Shown here: in pieces, positions 9,499 to 20,677 of the stretch
Numbering within the stretch: position 1 is the stretch's first letter
Layout of the letters: each line of letters starts with the position of its first letter
NCBI GenBank assembly: GCA_963765575.1
Contig: CAVXWZ010000001.1
Location: 320,001-384,000, forward strand
Length of the DNA: 64,000 nucleotides
Source of the DNA: an uncultured cyanobacterium
GTDB lineage: Bacteria > Cyanobacteriota > Cyanobacteriia > PCC-6307 > Cyanobiaceae
Direction: 5' to 3'
Position numbers and translations under genes: made by a program
Notes under the pieces: generated by a model
What the model was told of the DNA's origin: nothing
Databases searched by the model: none
Seen by the model: only the letters and a program-made list of their open reading frames with translations

Positions 9499-12351
9499 AT
9501 GCGGCGGCAATTGCGGCGCCTTCCCTGGCTGGTGCTCGCGGCCGCCGTGATCCTGGTGCTGGCCGTGGCGCTGATGGCCGCTGCCCGCGGCTGGGTGGAG
9601 TGGCAGTGGTTTGGTCAGTTCGGCTGGGGGGCGGTGCAGCTGCGCCGCTGGCTGCTGCAGGCGGTGGGGCTGGTTCTGGGGCTGGCCCTGGCCGCTGGCC
9701 TGCAGATGTGGCTGGCCTGGCTGTGGCGCCGACCCGCCGCCGGCCCCGCGGATCCCACCCGCTTTGCCCTTGCCCCCGTCCCCTACCTGCTGGTGCTGCT
9801 GACGCTGGCGGCCGCCCAGGTGCTGTCACTGCTGCTGCTGCTGCGGCTGGCCCAGCGGCTGCTGCTGGATCCCTTTGACCCCCGCCGGCTGCATGGCCTG
9901 GTGGCCCTGGCGGAGCTGCCCTGGCTGCCCGTGCTGGTGGTGGCCGTACCGCTGCTGCTGGCGTTGCTGCGCTGGCCGCTGGTTGCACCGCGGCTGCTGG
10001 CGGGGCTGGCCGGCGGCGCCACCGCCGTGGCCCTGGCCCGGGGCTGGGGCGTCTGGAGCCTGGCCCTGCTCGCCCCCGACAGCGGCCTGCTCGAGCCCAT
10101 GCTCGGCGCCGATGTGAGTTTTGCCCTGTTGCGCTTCCCGGCCCTGGCCCTGGCGCTCACCCTGGCTGCCGGCCTGGGCGTCAACGTTGGGACGGCAGCC
10201 CTGTGGGGGCTGCTGGCGCGACCCCCGCAGCTCAGCGACGGCCGCTTCGGCGGCTTCAGTGCGGCCCAGCTGCGGGCCCTGCGGCAGCCCTGGGGTCTGG
10301 CCGCCCTGGCGCTGGCCGCGGGCTTCTGGCTCGGCCGCCACCAGCTGCTGCTCAGCACCCTGGGCAGCGTGCCCGGGGCTGGCTGGGCGGATGTGCATGT
10401 GTCGCTGCCGTTGCGCACCATCGCCGCCCTGCTGGCCCTGATCACCGGCGTGCTGCTGCTCTTGCCCCTGCCCCGGCGCGGCTGGCGCAGCCGCACCTTT
10501 CTGCTGAGTGGGGCGCTGCTGCTGCTGGTGCTGCTGCTGGAGGCCGTGCTGCTGCCCACCCTCCAGCTGCTGGTGGTGAACCCGCGCGAGCTGGAGCGCG
10601 AAACCCCCTACCTGGCCCGCTCGATCGATGCCACCCGGGCGGCCTTTCAGCTCGATCGCATCAACACCCGCAACGTCAACCCCAACGAACGCCTCACCCG
10701 TGCCGACCTGGAGAAGAGCCAGGCCACGATCCGCAACATCCGCCTGTGGGACAGCCAGCCGCTGCTGGTGACCAACCGCCAGCTGCAGCAGCTGCGGGTG
10801 TTCTATCGCTTCTCCGAGCCCACGGTCGATCGCTACGCCATCGCCTCCGGCACCGGCCCACCCCAGCAGCAGCAGGTGATCATCGCGGCCAGGGAAGTGG
10901 ACAGCTCCGGGCTGCAGGCGGCGGCCCGCACCTGGCTGAACCGCCACCTGGTGTTCACCCACGGCCAGGGATTCACCGTCACCCCGGTGAACACCAGCAC
11001 CCCCGATGGGCTGCCGGAGTTCTTCATCAGCGACCTGGGTGCCAACAGCCGCATCAGCGGCAGCCCCGACCTCGACATCAGCCGCGAGCAGGTGAAGGCG
11101 GCGTTCCCGGTGGGTGAACCCAGTCTCTATTTCGGCACCCTGCCCGGGTCCTATGCCCTGGCCCCCACCGAGGTGCGCGAATTCAATTTCCCTGAGGGCG
11201 ACGAGAATTTCTACACCCACTACAGCGGCGCTGCCGGGGTGCCCCTGCGCAGCACCGCCGCCCGTCTGGCGGCGGCCGCCTATCTGAGCGAGCCACGCTT
11301 GCTGGTGAACGGGGCCCTCACCGCCGACACCCGGCTGCTGCTGCGCCGGGAGGTGCGGGAGCGGGTGCGGCGGCTGGTGCCCTTCGTGGACTTCGAGGCC
11401 GAGCCCTACCTGGCGTCGGTGCGCCTGGGGGGCGAGGCCGGTCCCTTTCGCGCCGGGCAGCACCAGTTCTGGATCGTGGACGGCTTCACCACCAGCCGCA
11501 CCTATCCCTACAGCGCGCCGGTGCCGGGTCGGCCGGATGTGCGCTATCTGCGCAACTCGGTGAAGGCCGTGGTGGATGCCTATGAAGGCCAGGTGGCCCT
11601 CTATGTGACCGAACCGAATGACCCCCTGATCGCCGGCTGGCAGCGCCTGTTCCCGGAGCTGTTCCAGCCCCTGGAGGCGATGCCCCAGGCCCTCCAGGCC
11701 CACATCCGCTACCCGATCCCGCAGTTCGAGCTGCAGACCACCCAGCTGCTTCGCTACCACGTGACCGACCCGGCCGTCTTTTACAGCGGTGACGACGTCT
11801 GGCAGATCCCCAAGGAGATCTATGGCTCCGAGCTGGTGCCGATGGAGCCTTACCACATCAGCGGCCAGCTGGCGACGGATCAGCGGCCTGAATTCCTGCT
11901 GCTGCAGCCCCTCACCCCCCTGGCCCGGCCCAATCTGGTGGCCTGGCTGGCGGCCCGCAGCGACGCGCCCAACTACGGCAAGCTCGAGGTGCTGCGCTTC
12001 CCCAGCCAGACGCCAATCCTGGGGCCCGAGCAGATCACGGCCCTGATCAACCAGAACCCCAAGATCAGCCAGCAGTTTGGCCTCTGGAACCGCTCCGGCG
12101 CTGAGGTGATTCAGGGCAACCTGTTGGTGATGCCCGTGGGCCAAGCGCTGCTTTACGTGGAGCCGGTGTACCTCAAGGCCCGCCAGGGCGGCCTGCCCAC
12201 CCTGACGCGGGTGGTGGTCAGCGACGGCACCCGGATTGCCATGGAATCGACCCTGGCCAGGGCGATCGATGCCCTGCTGGATCCCCAGCGCTCGATTCCC
12301 GCCACCGAAGCCCTGGTGCCAGCCGACACCGCCACTCCGGCGCAGCCCTGA
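9499..12351 (+). CDS. UPF0182 family membrane protein
   Basis: Multi-TM N-terminus; NIRLWD, HLVFTHG, YLRNSVKAVVDAY, GNLLV..YVEPVY. Confidence 0.9.
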   Translation: MRRQLRRLPWLVLAAAVILVLAVALMAAARGWVEWQWFGQFGWGAVQLRRWLLQAVGLVLGLALAAGLQMWLAWLWRRPAAGPADPTRFALAPVPYLLVLLTLAAAQVLSLLLLLRLAQRLLLDPFDPRRLHGLVALAELPWLPVLVVAVPLLLALLRWPLVAPRLLAGLAGGATAVALARGWGVWSLALLAPDSGLLEPMLGADVSFALLRFPALALALTLAAGLGVNVGTAALWGLLARPPQLSDGRFGGFSAAQLRALRQPWGLAALALAAGFWLGRHQLLLSTLGSVPGAGWADVHVSLPLRTIAALLALITGVLLLLPLPRRGWRSRTFLLSGALLLLVLLLEAVLLPTLQLLVVNPRELERETPYLARSIDATRAAFQLDRINTRNVNPNERLTRADLEKSQATIRNIRLWDSQPLLVTNRQLQQLRVFYRFSEPTVDRYAIASGTGPPQQQQVIIAAREVDSSGLQAAARTWLNRHLVFTHGQGFTVTPVNTSTPDGLPEFFISDLGANSRISGSPDLDISREQVKAAFPVGEPSLYFGTLPGSYALAPTEVREFNFPEGDENFYTHYSGAAGVPLRSTAARLAAAAYLSEPRLLVNGALTADTRLLLRREVRERVRRLVPFVDFEAEPYLASVRLGGEAGPFRAGQHQFWIVDGFTTSRTYPYSAPVPGRPDVRYLRNSVKAVVDAYEGQVALYVTEPNDPLIAGWQRLFPELFQPLEAMPQALQAHIRYPIPQFELQTTQLLRYHVTDPAVFYSGDDVWQIPKEIYGSELVPMEPYHISGQLATDQRPEFLLLQPLTPLARPNLVAWLAARSDAPNYGKLEVLRFPSQTPILGPEQITALINQNPKISQQFGLWNRSGAEVIQGNLLVMPVGQALLYVEPVYLKARQGGLPTLTRVVVSDGTRIAMESTLARAIDALLDPQRSIPATEALVPADTATPAQP

Positions 12352-12452
12352 TCGCTGGCTGGCAAGCTACCAGCACCGCAAACGGGCAGCATCCAGGCCA
12401 TCAAAAAAGGAGGCCTTGATGGCCTCCCTGAGTGCTGTGAAGCCGGTGCCGA

Positions 12453-13526
12453 TCAGGCGGCAACGGCGGCCTTGGGATCGAGCTGGCCCTTGGCGTAGAG
12501 CCCGGCATAGAAGTTGATCGTCTGCTGCTTGATCTTGCTGGCGTTGCCGGCGCACCAGAACTGCTGGTAGCGATCCAGGCACACCTTCTTCATGTAGGCC
12601 CGGGCGGGCTTGTTGAAGTGGCGGGGATCGAAGTTGGCGGGGTCCTTGGTTGCCGCTTCCCGCACGGCCGCGGTGAAGGCCAGGCGGTTGTCGGTGTCGA
12701 TGTTGACCTTGCGCACGCCGTTGCGGATGCCTTCCTGGATCTCCTCCACGGGCACGCCGTAGGTCTCGGGGATGGCGCCGCCGTTCTGGTTGATCATGTC
12801 CAGCCACTCCTGGGGAACCGAGGAGGAGCCGTGCATCACCAGGTGGGTGTTGGGCAGGGCCTTGTGGATCTCGGCGATGCGGCTGATGGCCAGCACTTCA
12901 CCGGTGGGTTTGCGGGTGAACTTGTAGGCGCCGTGGCTGGTGCCGATGGCGATGGCCAGGGCGTCAACCTTGGTTTTGGCGACGAAGTCGGCGGCCTCGG
13001 CGGGATCGGTGAGCAGCATGTCGCGGGAGAGCTCACCGTCGAAACCGTGGCCGTCCTCAGCTTCGCCTTTGCCGGTTTCCAGGGAGCCCAGGCAGCCCAG
13101 CTCACCCTCGACGCTCACACCCACGCTGTGGGCGACGTCGACCACTTCTTTGGTGACGGCGACGTTGTAGTCGTAGCTGGCGGGGGTCTTGGCGTCGGCC
13201 TCGAGGGAGCCGTCCATCATCACCGAGGTGAAGCCGTTGGTGATCGCCGAGTAGCAGGTGGCCGGGCTGTTGCCATGGTCCTGGTGCATCACCACGGGGA
13301 TGTGGGGATAGGTCTCGGTGGCGGCGATGATCAGGTGGCGCAGGAAGATCTCCCCGGCATAGCTGCGCGCACCGCGGGAGGCCTGCAGGATCACCGGAGA
13401 ATCGGTTTCGTTGGCCGCCTCCATGATCGACTGCACCTGCTCCAGGTTGTTGACGTTGAAGGCAGGGATGCCATAGCCGTTTTCGGCGGCGTGATCCAGC
13501 AGCAGCCGAAGTGGAACGAGCGCCAT
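12453..13526 (-). CDS. fbaA: Fructose-bisphosphate aldolase class II
   Basis: [32 protein letters not shown]. Confidence 0.95.
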   Translation of the reverse strand: MALVPLRLLLDHAAENGYGIPAFNVNNLEQVQSIMEAANETDSPVILQASRGARSYAGEIFLRHLIIAATETYPHIPVVMHQDHGNSPATCYSAITNGFTSVMMDGSLEADAKTPASYDYNVAVTKEVVDVAHSVGVSVEGELGCLGSLETGKGEAEDGHGFDGELSRDMLLTDPAEAADFVAKTKVDALAIAIGTSHGAYKFTRKPTGEVLAISRIAEIHKALPNTHLVMHGSSSVPQEWLDMINQNGGAIPETYGVPVEEIQEGIRNGVRKVNIDTDNRLAFTAAVREAATKDPANFDPRHFNKPARAYMKKVCLDRYQQFWCAGNASKIKQQTINFYAGLYAKGQLDPKAAVAA

Positions 13527-13613
13527 GGGAAACCTCTCTAATCTCAAATGGGAGTCGGGCGGAGTCTAGGTGATGCCAATCGCCACGATCTGCCTGCCCC
13601 GTCACCGATCCGC

Positions 13614-14696
13614 TCAGGCCCGCGCCCGGTCGCAGCAGCGCTGACTGGCCACCCCTTCGCTGAGCCCAGGCAGCATCGGCCGTCCCTGGCGCACGGCCGC
13701 GCTCCACCAGCCGTGCAGGCGTTCCACCGGCGCGATGCGGCCGTCCTCCCAGGTGCGGGCAAAGGTCCAGCGGGGATCGGGCTCCACCCGCCGCAGTGGC
13801 TCCCCGCCCTGGGACAGCCAGAGGTTGAACCCATGCACGTAGTCGCTCTGGTTGTCGGAGCCCAGCACGGCGCTGCCGTCGCGGCCGTAGACCTCCAGCC
13901 AGCAGCCCCGGCCCCGGCGCGTCACCGAGGCGAGGTTGAGCTGGGCGGGCACGGGTCGCCCGCTGGCGGCCTCAAGGCGCAGCTGCACCAGGGCGATGTC
14001 CTCCGCGTCCACGGCGGCCATGCGGCCGCTGCCATCGGCCAGGGGCCGCTCGCCGATGGTGGTGCTGAGCTGGGCCTGCAGCTCCTGGGTGGGGCCCACC
14101 AGCCAGTGCAGCAGGTCGAAGGCGTGGGTGCCGAGGGCACCGAGCACGCCGCCGCCGGCGGCGGCCTGGGAATACCAGCTCCAGGGCCGGGAGGCGTCGG
14201 CGCGGCTACCCATCAGCCAGTCGAGCTTCACCAGCACCAGCTCCCCCAGTTCGCCGCTGGCCAGCAGCGCCTGCAGTTGCTGGAACAGGGGCACGGCCCG
14301 GTATTCGAAATCCACCGCCACGCTGAGCCCCCGGGCCATCGCCAGCCGCTGCAGTTCCTCGGCCTGGGCGGCGTTGAGGGCCACCGGTTTCTCCAGCATC
14401 AGGTGCTTGCCAGCCTCAAGGGCACGGCGGGCCAGCTCGTAGCGGGGCTCGGGTGGGGTGGCGATCACCACCGCCTCCACCGCCGGGTCGCCCAGCAGGG
14501 CATCGAAGTCGCTGTGGCCGGCCAGCTCGGCCTGGCGGCAGGCGGCCTCCAGGCGCTCGGGGCGTGGATGCCACAGGGCCACGGGGGTGGTGCCGGCGCA
14601 GGCCCGCAGGGCCGGCAGGTGCACCGTCTCCCCGAAACCCAGGCCGGCGATCGCCACCTGCAGGGGCCGGGCCGGGAGCGCGGTGGTGCTGGACAT
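13614..14696 (-). CDS. Gfo/Idh/MocA family oxidoreductase
   Basis: GLGFG Rossmann motif, LEKP, GGGVLGALGTH. Confidence 0.85.
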   Translation of the reverse strand: MSSTTALPARPLQVAIAGLGFGETVHLPALRACAGTTPVALWHPRPERLEAACRQAELAGHSDFDALLGDPAVEAVVIATPPEPRYELARRALEAGKHLMLEKPVALNAAQAEELQRLAMARGLSVAVDFEYRAVPLFQQLQALLASGELGELVLVKLDWLMGSRADASRPWSWYSQAAAGGGVLGALGTHAFDLLHWLVGPTQELQAQLSTTIGERPLADGSGRMAAVDAEDIALVQLRLEAASGRPVPAQLNLASVTRRGRGCWLEVYGRDGSAVLGSDNQSDYVHGFNLWLSQGGEPLRRVEPDPRWTFARTWEDGRIAPVERLHGWWSAAVRQGRPMLPGLSEGVASQRCCDRARA

Positions 14697-14713
14697 GGGC
14701 CGATCGGCGGGGT

Positions 14714-15223
14714 TCAGCCAGCCTGCAGCAGGGGCGCCGCCGCTTCACAGCTCTCCTGGATCAGGGCCATCAGCAGCTCGTCGCCGTCGGCGGGCTGCCA
14801 GTCGGCCCGGAAGCGGGGCAGGCCGTTCACCGACGTGTCGCGGTAGAGGTTCTGGCCACAGTCGATCTCCATCACGTAGAGGTCGCTCAGCGGCGGCCGC
14901 CCGCCCTCGTCGCTGGCGGCGGGCTGGAAGCGGCTGAGCACGGAGAGGTTGCCGCCGCGGCTGAGGCGCAGGCTGCCCGCATCCCACCACTGGCGGCCGG
15001 CGTCGCTGGCCGGGAGCTCGTGCCAGTCGACCGAGGCCGCCAGACCGGCCGGCACGCCAGGCGGGATGGTGCCGCTCAGGACGCCGGGGTGGATCGGGCC
15101 CAGCAGCACCGCCGCCGACAGCAGCACGCCCGCCAGCCAGGTGAGGGGACGGAGGCGCTGCGGTTGCCGCTGCGGTTGGCGGTGCGGGGCTGGGGGCATC
15201 GAAGCGGCTGGTGCTGGCGCCAT
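14714..15223 (-). CDS. Conserved hypothetical protein, probably exported or membrane-anchored
   Basis: Hydrophobic segment followed by GRQWWD...YVMEIDC...YRD. Co-oriented with accD. Confidence 0.55.
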   Translation of the reverse strand: MAPAPAASMPPAPHRQPQRQPQRLRPLTWLAGVLLSAAVLLGPIHPGVLSGTIPPGVPAGLAASVDWHELPASDAGRQWWDAGSLRLSRGGNLSVLSRFQPAASDEGGRPPLSDLYVMEIDCGQNLYRDTSVNGLPRFRADWQPADGDELLMALIQESCEAAAPLLQAG

Positions 15224-15236
15224 TGTGGCCGGGCGC

Positions 15237-16112
15237 TCAGGCCGCCACCTGCTCCCGGTAGCCATGGATGCGTAGCAGGCTGGCCAGGGTGGCGGTCAGC
15301 TTGGTGCGATTCACGATGGCGTCCACAAAACCGTGGTCGCGCAGGTACTCGGCGGTCTGGAAGCCCTCCGGCAGCTTTTCGCGCAGGGTCTGTTCGATCA
15401 CCCGGCGGCCGGCGAAGCCGATCAGGGCTTTCGGTTCCGCCAGGATCAGGTCGCCGAGCATGGCGAAGCTGGCCGTGACGCCGCCGGTGGTGGGGTGGGT
15501 GAGCAGGGGGATGTAGAGCAGCTCGGCCTGCCGGTGACGCTGCAGCGCGCCGGAGATCTTGGCCATCTGCATCAGGCTCAGCATCCCCTCCTGCATGCGG
15601 GCACCACCGGAGGCGCAGACGATCAGCAGCGGCAGGCGCCGGGTGGTGGCCGCCTCGATCAGGCGCGTGAGCTTCTCGCCCACCACCGAACCCATCGAGC
15701 CACCCATGAAGCGGAAATCCATCACCCCCAGGGCGAGGGGCACGCCGCGGCTGCGGCAGAGGCCGGTGACCACCGCATCGCGCAGCCCGGTGCTCTGCTG
15801 GCTGTCGCGGATGCGGTCGGCGTAGCTGCGCCGGTCCTTGAAGGCCAGGGGGTCGGTGGGGGCCAGGTCGCTGTCGAGGGCCTCGAAGCTGCCGGGGTCG
15901 GCGATCAGGCGGATGCGCTCGTCGCTGCTGATGCGGTGGTGGTAGCCGCAGCCTTTGCAGACACTGGCATTGGCCACCAGGTCCTTGCGGTACACCACCA
16001 GGCCGCAGTCGGGGCACTTGCTCCACAGCCCGCCACCCTCCTCCGGTTCCTGGGGATTGCGGACGGTGGGGGCGTTTTTGCGGCGGTCGGCGAACCAGTC
16101 GAACAGCGACAT
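15237..16112 (-). CDS. accD: Acetyl-CoA carboxylase carboxyltransferase beta subunit
   Basis: C4 zinc finger [25 protein letters not shown]. Confidence 0.97.
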   Translation of the reverse strand: MSLFDWFADRRKNAPTVRNPQEPEEGGGLWSKCPDCGLVVYRKDLVANASVCKGCGYHHRISSDERIRLIADPGSFEALDSDLAPTDPLAFKDRRSYADRIRDSQQSTGLRDAVVTGLCRSRGVPLALGVMDFRFMGGSMGSVVGEKLTRLIEAATTRRLPLLIVCASGGARMQEGMLSLMQMAKISGALQRHRQAELLYIPLLTHPTTGGVTASFAMLGDLILAEPKALIGFAGRRVIEQTLREKLPEGFQTAEYLRDHGFVDAIVNRTKLTATLASLLRIHGYREQVAA

Positions 16113-16225
16113 GGGGAAGGCGCCGCAGGGCGCCGCTCACGGAATGGCTCCATTAAACGAGCCACCGGACACGCGGCAGCGGCCTCGGGTCACCGCTGGG
16201 GTCATCGCTGGGGGCGGGGCTGCGC

Positions 16226-17071
16226 TCAGACGGGCGGCAGCAGCCAGCCCAGCCGTTGCAGCCAGAAGCCGCTGCCCAGCAGCCACACGGCGGCGCCGCC
16301 GGCGGCCAGGAAGGGACCGAAGGGGAAGGCCTGGTGCCGGCCCAGCCGGCCGCTGATGCGCCCCAGCACGCCCAGCAGCGCTGCGCTGACCACCGCCAGG
16401 ATGACGCTGAGCCCCAGGCCGCTGAGGCCCAGCCAGGCCCCCAGCAGGGCGGCGAGTTTGGCGTCCCCGAGGCCGAGGGCCGGCTTGCCCAGCAGCCGTT
16501 CGCCGAGGGCGCTCACCGTTTCGAAGCCCACCAGGGCCACCCCGGCGGCCACCAGGTGGTGGAACAGCAGCTCCCGGCCCTGGCTGGCGCTCTGCAGCCA
16601 GCCCAGCAGCGCCGAGCAACCCAGGCCGAGCAGCAGGCCGATGCGGCAGAGGGGTTCCGGCAGCCAGAGGTGATCGAGGTCGATGAGGCTGAGCGGGATC
16701 AGCCAGCTGAGCAGCAGCCAGCCGGCCAGCAGCAGCAGCAGCGGTTGGGGCTGCGGTCCCATGGTCCCGGGTCGGGCGGCCAGGGCCGCCACCCACAGCC
16801 CCGCCGTGAGCAGCTCCACCAGGGGATAGCGCAGGCCGATGCCGGCGCCGCAGTGCCGGCATCGGCCCCGCAGCGCCAGCCAGCCCAGCAGCGGCAGGTT
16901 CTCGAACCAGGCCAGGGGGGTGCCGCAGCGGGGGCAGTGGCTGCCGGGCCAGAGCAGGGACTCCCCCCGGGGCAGCCGCCAGGCCACGACGTTGAGGAAG
17001 CTGCCGACGCAGGCGCCGAGCAGGGCCGCCAGCAGTGGCAGGGCGGGGATGGCGGTGGGGGTGCTGACCAC
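16226..17071 (-). CDS. pilD: Prepilin peptidase
   Basis: GSFLNVV, CPRC/CRHC, GLGDAKL, FPFGPFL. Confidence 0.92.
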   Translation of the reverse strand: MVSTPTAIPALPLLAALLGACVGSFLNVVAWRLPRGESLLWPGSHCPRCGTPLAWFENLPLLGWLALRGRCRHCGAGIGLRYPLVELLTAGLWVAALAARPGTMGPQPQPLLLLLAGWLLLSWLIPLSLIDLDHLWLPEPLCRIGLLLGLGCSALLGWLQSASQGRELLFHHLVAAGVALVGFETVSALGERLLGKPALGLGDAKLAALLGAWLGLSGLGLSVILAVVSAALLGVLGRISGRLGRHQAFPFGPFLAAGGAAVWLLGSGFWLQRLGWLLPPV

Positions 17072-17077
17072 AGGGCC

Positions 17078-17323
17078 TCAGCGGCTGCGCGGCATGCGCA
17101 GGCGATTGGCCGGCTTGGCCGCCGCTCGGCCCTGCAGCAGCTCGATGGGGATGAACTGTTCGTGGGGCAGCAACACCGGCTGCTCAAACACCACCCGGCC
17201 CCGGGCCCCGAGCAGCACCACGCCGCAGGGCTCGGGACCGGCGGGACAACCTTCCTGATAGCGGAACATCACCCGGCGGGCCTGCTGGAACACCTGGCGG
17301 CTGTCGATGCGGTCGAGACGCAA
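17078..17323 (-). CDS. Small conserved hypothetical protein
   Basis: Fills the gap between prk and pilD on the same strand; GRVVFEQPVLLPHEQF. Confidence 0.5.
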   Translation of the reverse strand: MRLDRIDSRQVFQQARRVMFRYQEGCPAGPEPCGVVLLGARGRVVFEQPVLLPHEQFIPIELLQGRAAAKPANRLRMPRSR

Positions 17324-17474
17324 TGCGCCAACGGTTGCCGATGTGGCCCCCGGGATTGCAAAGGAGGGTGGCGTGACGCCGTGGCTGGCAGGGCTCTGGG
17401 GAGGGGTGTTGGTGATGGCCTCACCGACTCCGGTTCGTTGCCCAGATTAGGCCCTCAGCCACGGATGGCCCCGC

Positions 17475-18377
17475 TCAGAGCAGTTTGTCGCGCTCTTCGA
17501 TCATGCGGTGAATGATCGGCGTGAGAATCAGCTCCATCGCAAAGCTCATCTTGCCCCCATTCACCACGATGGAGGTGGGGCTGGACATGAAGGAGTCGTG
17601 GATCATGTCGAGCAGGTAGGGAAAATCGATCCCCCACTTCTCGCGAGCCCCCTTGCGGAAGTGGATGATCACGAACGACTCGTCCGCGGTGGGGATGCTG
17701 CGGATCTGGAAGGGGTTGGAGGTGTCCACGGTGGGCACCCGCTGAAAGTTGATATCGGTGCGGCTGAACTGGGGGCAGATGTGGTTGATGTAGTCGGGCA
17801 TGCGGCGCAGGATCGTGTCCACGACCGCTGCGGCCGAGTAGCCGCGCTCGGCGTTGTCGCGGGAGATCTTCTGGATCCACTCCAGGTTGGTGATCGGCAC
17901 GACCCCCACCAGCAGGTCCACCACCGAGGCCACGTCATAGCCCTCACCCACCACGCCGCCGTGCAGACCCTCGTAGAAGAGCAGGTCGGTGCTGGAGGGG
18001 ATCGGCTCCCAGGGCGTGAACTGACCGGCGTCCAGGCTGGTGCCCAGGCGGCCGTTGTGCTCGTCGGCCTCCTCAGGGGAGTGCAGGTAGTAGCGCTTCT
18101 CGCCAGCGCCGCTCTCGCCGTAGCTGCGGAACAGCTCCTCGAGCTTGCTGAAGAGGTTGGCCTCGGGGCCGAAGTGGGAGAAGTTCTCCCCCCGGGCGAT
18201 GGCGGCCGCCATCGCCTCCTTCATCGGCGCACGCTCGTAGCGGTGATAGCTGTCACCCTCCACCACGGCCGGCGTGATGCCCTCGCGGGTGAAGATGTAT
18301 TCGAAAGCGCGCTTGACGGTGGTGGTTCCCGCGCCAGAGGAACCGGTGACTGCCACAACCGGGTGACGCTTCGACAT
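17475..18377 (-). CDS. prk: Phosphoribulokinase (proteobacterial/alpha-cyanobacterial type)
   Basis: GSSGAGTTT, YEGLHG, INFQRVPTVDTSNPF. Confidence 0.95.
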   Translation of the reverse strand: MSKRHPVVAVTGSSGAGTTTVKRAFEYIFTREGITPAVVEGDSYHRYERAPMKEAMAAAIARGENFSHFGPEANLFSKLEELFRSYGESGAGEKRYYLHSPEEADEHNGRLGTSLDAGQFTPWEPIPSSTDLLFYEGLHGGVVGEGYDVASVVDLLVGVVPITNLEWIQKISRDNAERGYSAAAVVDTILRRMPDYINHICPQFSRTDINFQRVPTVDTSNPFQIRSIPTADESFVIIHFRKGAREKWGIDFPYLLDMIHDSFMSSPTSIVVNGGKMSFAMELILTPIIHRMIEERDKLL

Positions 18378-18424
18378 GGCGCAGGAGAACGGAGACCGTG
18401 GCCGAGTTTGGCAGGTCGCCGGCC

Positions 18425-19510
18425 TCAGCCCTCCAGGGCGCGCAGCACCTGGTCGCCCATGGCCTGACAGCCCACCAGGGTGCAGCCCTCGGCCATCAGG
18501 TCGCCGGTGCGGTAGCCCGCCTGCAGCACCCGATCCACCGCGGCTTCGAGATCGGCGGCAGCCGCCTCCTGGGCCAGGCCGATGCGCAGCAGCATGGCGG
18601 CGCTGAGCACCATCGCCAGCGGGTTGGCCCGGTCCTGGCCGGCGATGTCCGGCGCCGAGCCGTGGATCGGCTCGAACAGCCCCGGGCCGGCGCTGCCCAG
18701 GGAGGCCGAGGGCAGCATGCCGATGGAGCCGGTGAGCATGGCGGCCTCATCGCTGAGGATGTCGCCGAAGAGGTTGCCGGTGAGCAGCACGTCGAACTGG
18801 CGCGGAGCCCGCACCAGCTGCATGGCGGCGTTGTCGACGTAGAGGTGGCTGAGCTCCACATCGCCGTACTCGGCGGCGTACAGGGCCTCCACCCGCTCGC
18901 GCCAGAGCTGGCTCACATCGAGCACGTTGGCCTTGTCGACACTGCACAGCCGGCCCTTGCGCTGGCGGGCCAGATCGAAGCCCACCCGGGCGATGCGGTC
19001 GATCTCCGAGGCGCTGTAGGCCATGGTGTTGAAGGCCCGCTCCTCGCCTGCCGCCTGCACCCGCCCCTTGGGGGTGCCGAAGTAGATGCCGCCGGTGAGC
19101 TCGCGCACCACCATCAGATCCACGCCCTCGATCACCTCCGGGCGCAGGCTGGAGGCCTCCAGGAGGGCGGGGATCGCCTTCACCGGCCGCAGGTTGGCGA
19201 ACAGGCCCAGGCCGCCGCGCAGCCCCAGCAGGCCGGTTTCGGGCCGCTGCGCGCGCGGCACGCTGTCGTAGCGGGGCGAGCCGATCGCCGCCAGCAGCAC
19301 GGCGTCGCTGGCGCGGCAGGCCTCCAGGGTGGCGGCGGGCAGGGGTTCGCCACAGGCCTCGATGCCGGCACCACCGATCGGCTGTTCGTCGTAGGCCAGC
19401 TCCAGCTGGTGGCGGCGGCTCACCGCATCGAGCAGCTGGCGGGCCACCGCCATGATCTCCGGACCGATGCCGTCGCCGGGGAGCAGGGTGATCCGGTGGC
19501 GGCTGGTCAT
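18425..19510 (-). CDS. leuB: 3-isopropylmalate dehydrogenase
   Basis: [35 protein letters not shown]. Confidence 0.97.
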   Translation of the reverse strand: MTSRHRITLLPGDGIGPEIMAVARQLLDAVSRRHQLELAYDEQPIGGAGIEACGEPLPAATLEACRASDAVLLAAIGSPRYDSVPRAQRPETGLLGLRGGLGLFANLRPVKAIPALLEASSLRPEVIEGVDLMVVRELTGGIYFGTPKGRVQAAGEERAFNTMAYSASEIDRIARVGFDLARQRKGRLCSVDKANVLDVSQLWRERVEALYAAEYGDVELSHLYVDNAAMQLVRAPRQFDVLLTGNLFGDILSDEAAMLTGSIGMLPSASLGSAGPGLFEPIHGSAPDIAGQDRANPLAMVLSAAMLLRIGLAQEAAAADLEAAVDRVLQAGYRTGDLMAEGCTLVGCQAMGDQVLRALEG

Positions 19511-19548
19511 GGTGGCGACGAGGAGAGCGGCGGGAGCAGGCGCGGAGG

Positions 19549-20637
19549 CTAGGGCGCGGAGCGATCGGGGCCGGGCTGCTGCTGGCTGCGTTTCTCCAGG
19601 TGGCGCAGCGCCCGGGCCAGCTCGGGGAGTTTGTTGAAGGCCGCCGAGCAGCGCAGCCAGAGGCGGTTGGGGATCGCCGGATAGCCGCTCACCACCTCGC
19701 CTGCCGCCACCTCCCCGTGCACCCCCGACTTGGAGCTGGCGATGGCCCGATCGCCCATCACCGCCTTGTTGGCCAGGCCCACCTGGCCCGCCAGGATGAC
19801 GCCATGGCCGAGGCGGGCGCCGCCGGCGATGCCCACCTGGGCGGCGAGGGCACAGCCCCGGCCGGTGCTGACCCCGTGGCCGATGTGGACCAGGTTGTCG
19901 ATCTTGGTGCCGGCGCCGATGCGCGTTTCGCCCACCGCCGGCCGGTCGATGGTGCTGCCGGAGCCCACCTCCACCGCCTCCTCCAGCACCACCCGGCCGG
20001 TCTGGGGCATCTTGCGCCAGCCCGTGGCGGTGGGCACGAAGCCGAAGCCCTCACCCCCGATCACGGCGTTGGCCTGGAGCACGCAGCCCCGCCCCAGCCG
20101 GCTGCCGGGGTGCACGACGCTGCCGGCGTGCAGCTCACAGCCCTCGCCCAGCTCCACATCCGCGTAGAGCACCACATGGGGGTGCAGGGTGCAGCCGGCG
20201 CCGATGCGCACGCCCTCGGCGATGCACACCTGGGCACCGATGTGGCTGCCCATCCCCACCACCGCCGTGGGATCGACCACGGCGCTGGGGTGGATGCCGG
20301 GCGGCAGCAGCGGTTTGGGGTGCAGGGCCTCGAGGGCCTCAGCGAATCCCAGGCGCGGATCGGCCAGTGCCACCCAGGCGATGCCGCGGGCGCTGAGCCG
20401 CTGGCCCAGGTCGGCCGTGCCATCACCGGCGGGCAGCAGCACGGCGCTGGCGCCGGTGGCGGCGATGGCCGCCGCCAGGCCGCTGCCGGCTTCCAGGAAG
20501 CTGAGCTGGCCGCTGCAGGCCTCGGCCAGGGCGCCGCCGCCGCGGAGCTCCGGATCGCCGGCCAGGTCGCGGATCGGGCCGCCGTCAGGCGGGGAGTGGA
20601 GCTCGCTGAGATGGCCGAGCAGTTGGCTGAAGCGCAT
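19549..20637 (-). CDS. lpxD: UDP-3-O-acylglucosamine N-acyltransferase
   Basis: Hexapeptide repeats, [14 protein letters not shown]. Confidence 0.93.
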   Translation of the reverse strand: MRFSQLLGHLSELHSPPDGGPIRDLAGDPELRGGGALAEACSGQLSFLEAGSGLAAAIAATGASAVLLPAGDGTADLGQRLSARGIAWVALADPRLGFAEALEALHPKPLLPPGIHPSAVVDPTAVVGMGSHIGAQVCIAEGVRIGAGCTLHPHVVLYADVELGEGCELHAGSVVHPGSRLGRGCVLQANAVIGGEGFGFVPTATGWRKMPQTGRVVLEEAVEVGSGSTIDRPAVGETRIGAGTKIDNLVHIGHGVSTGRGCALAAQVGIAGGARLGHGVILAGQVGLANKAVMGDRAIASSKSGVHGEVAAGEVVSGYPAIPNRLWLRCSAAFNKLPELARALRHLEKRSQQQPGPDRSAP

Positions 20638-20677
20638 GCCCCACGGGCTTCCGGCTGGGCGGATCGTAGGCAGGGCC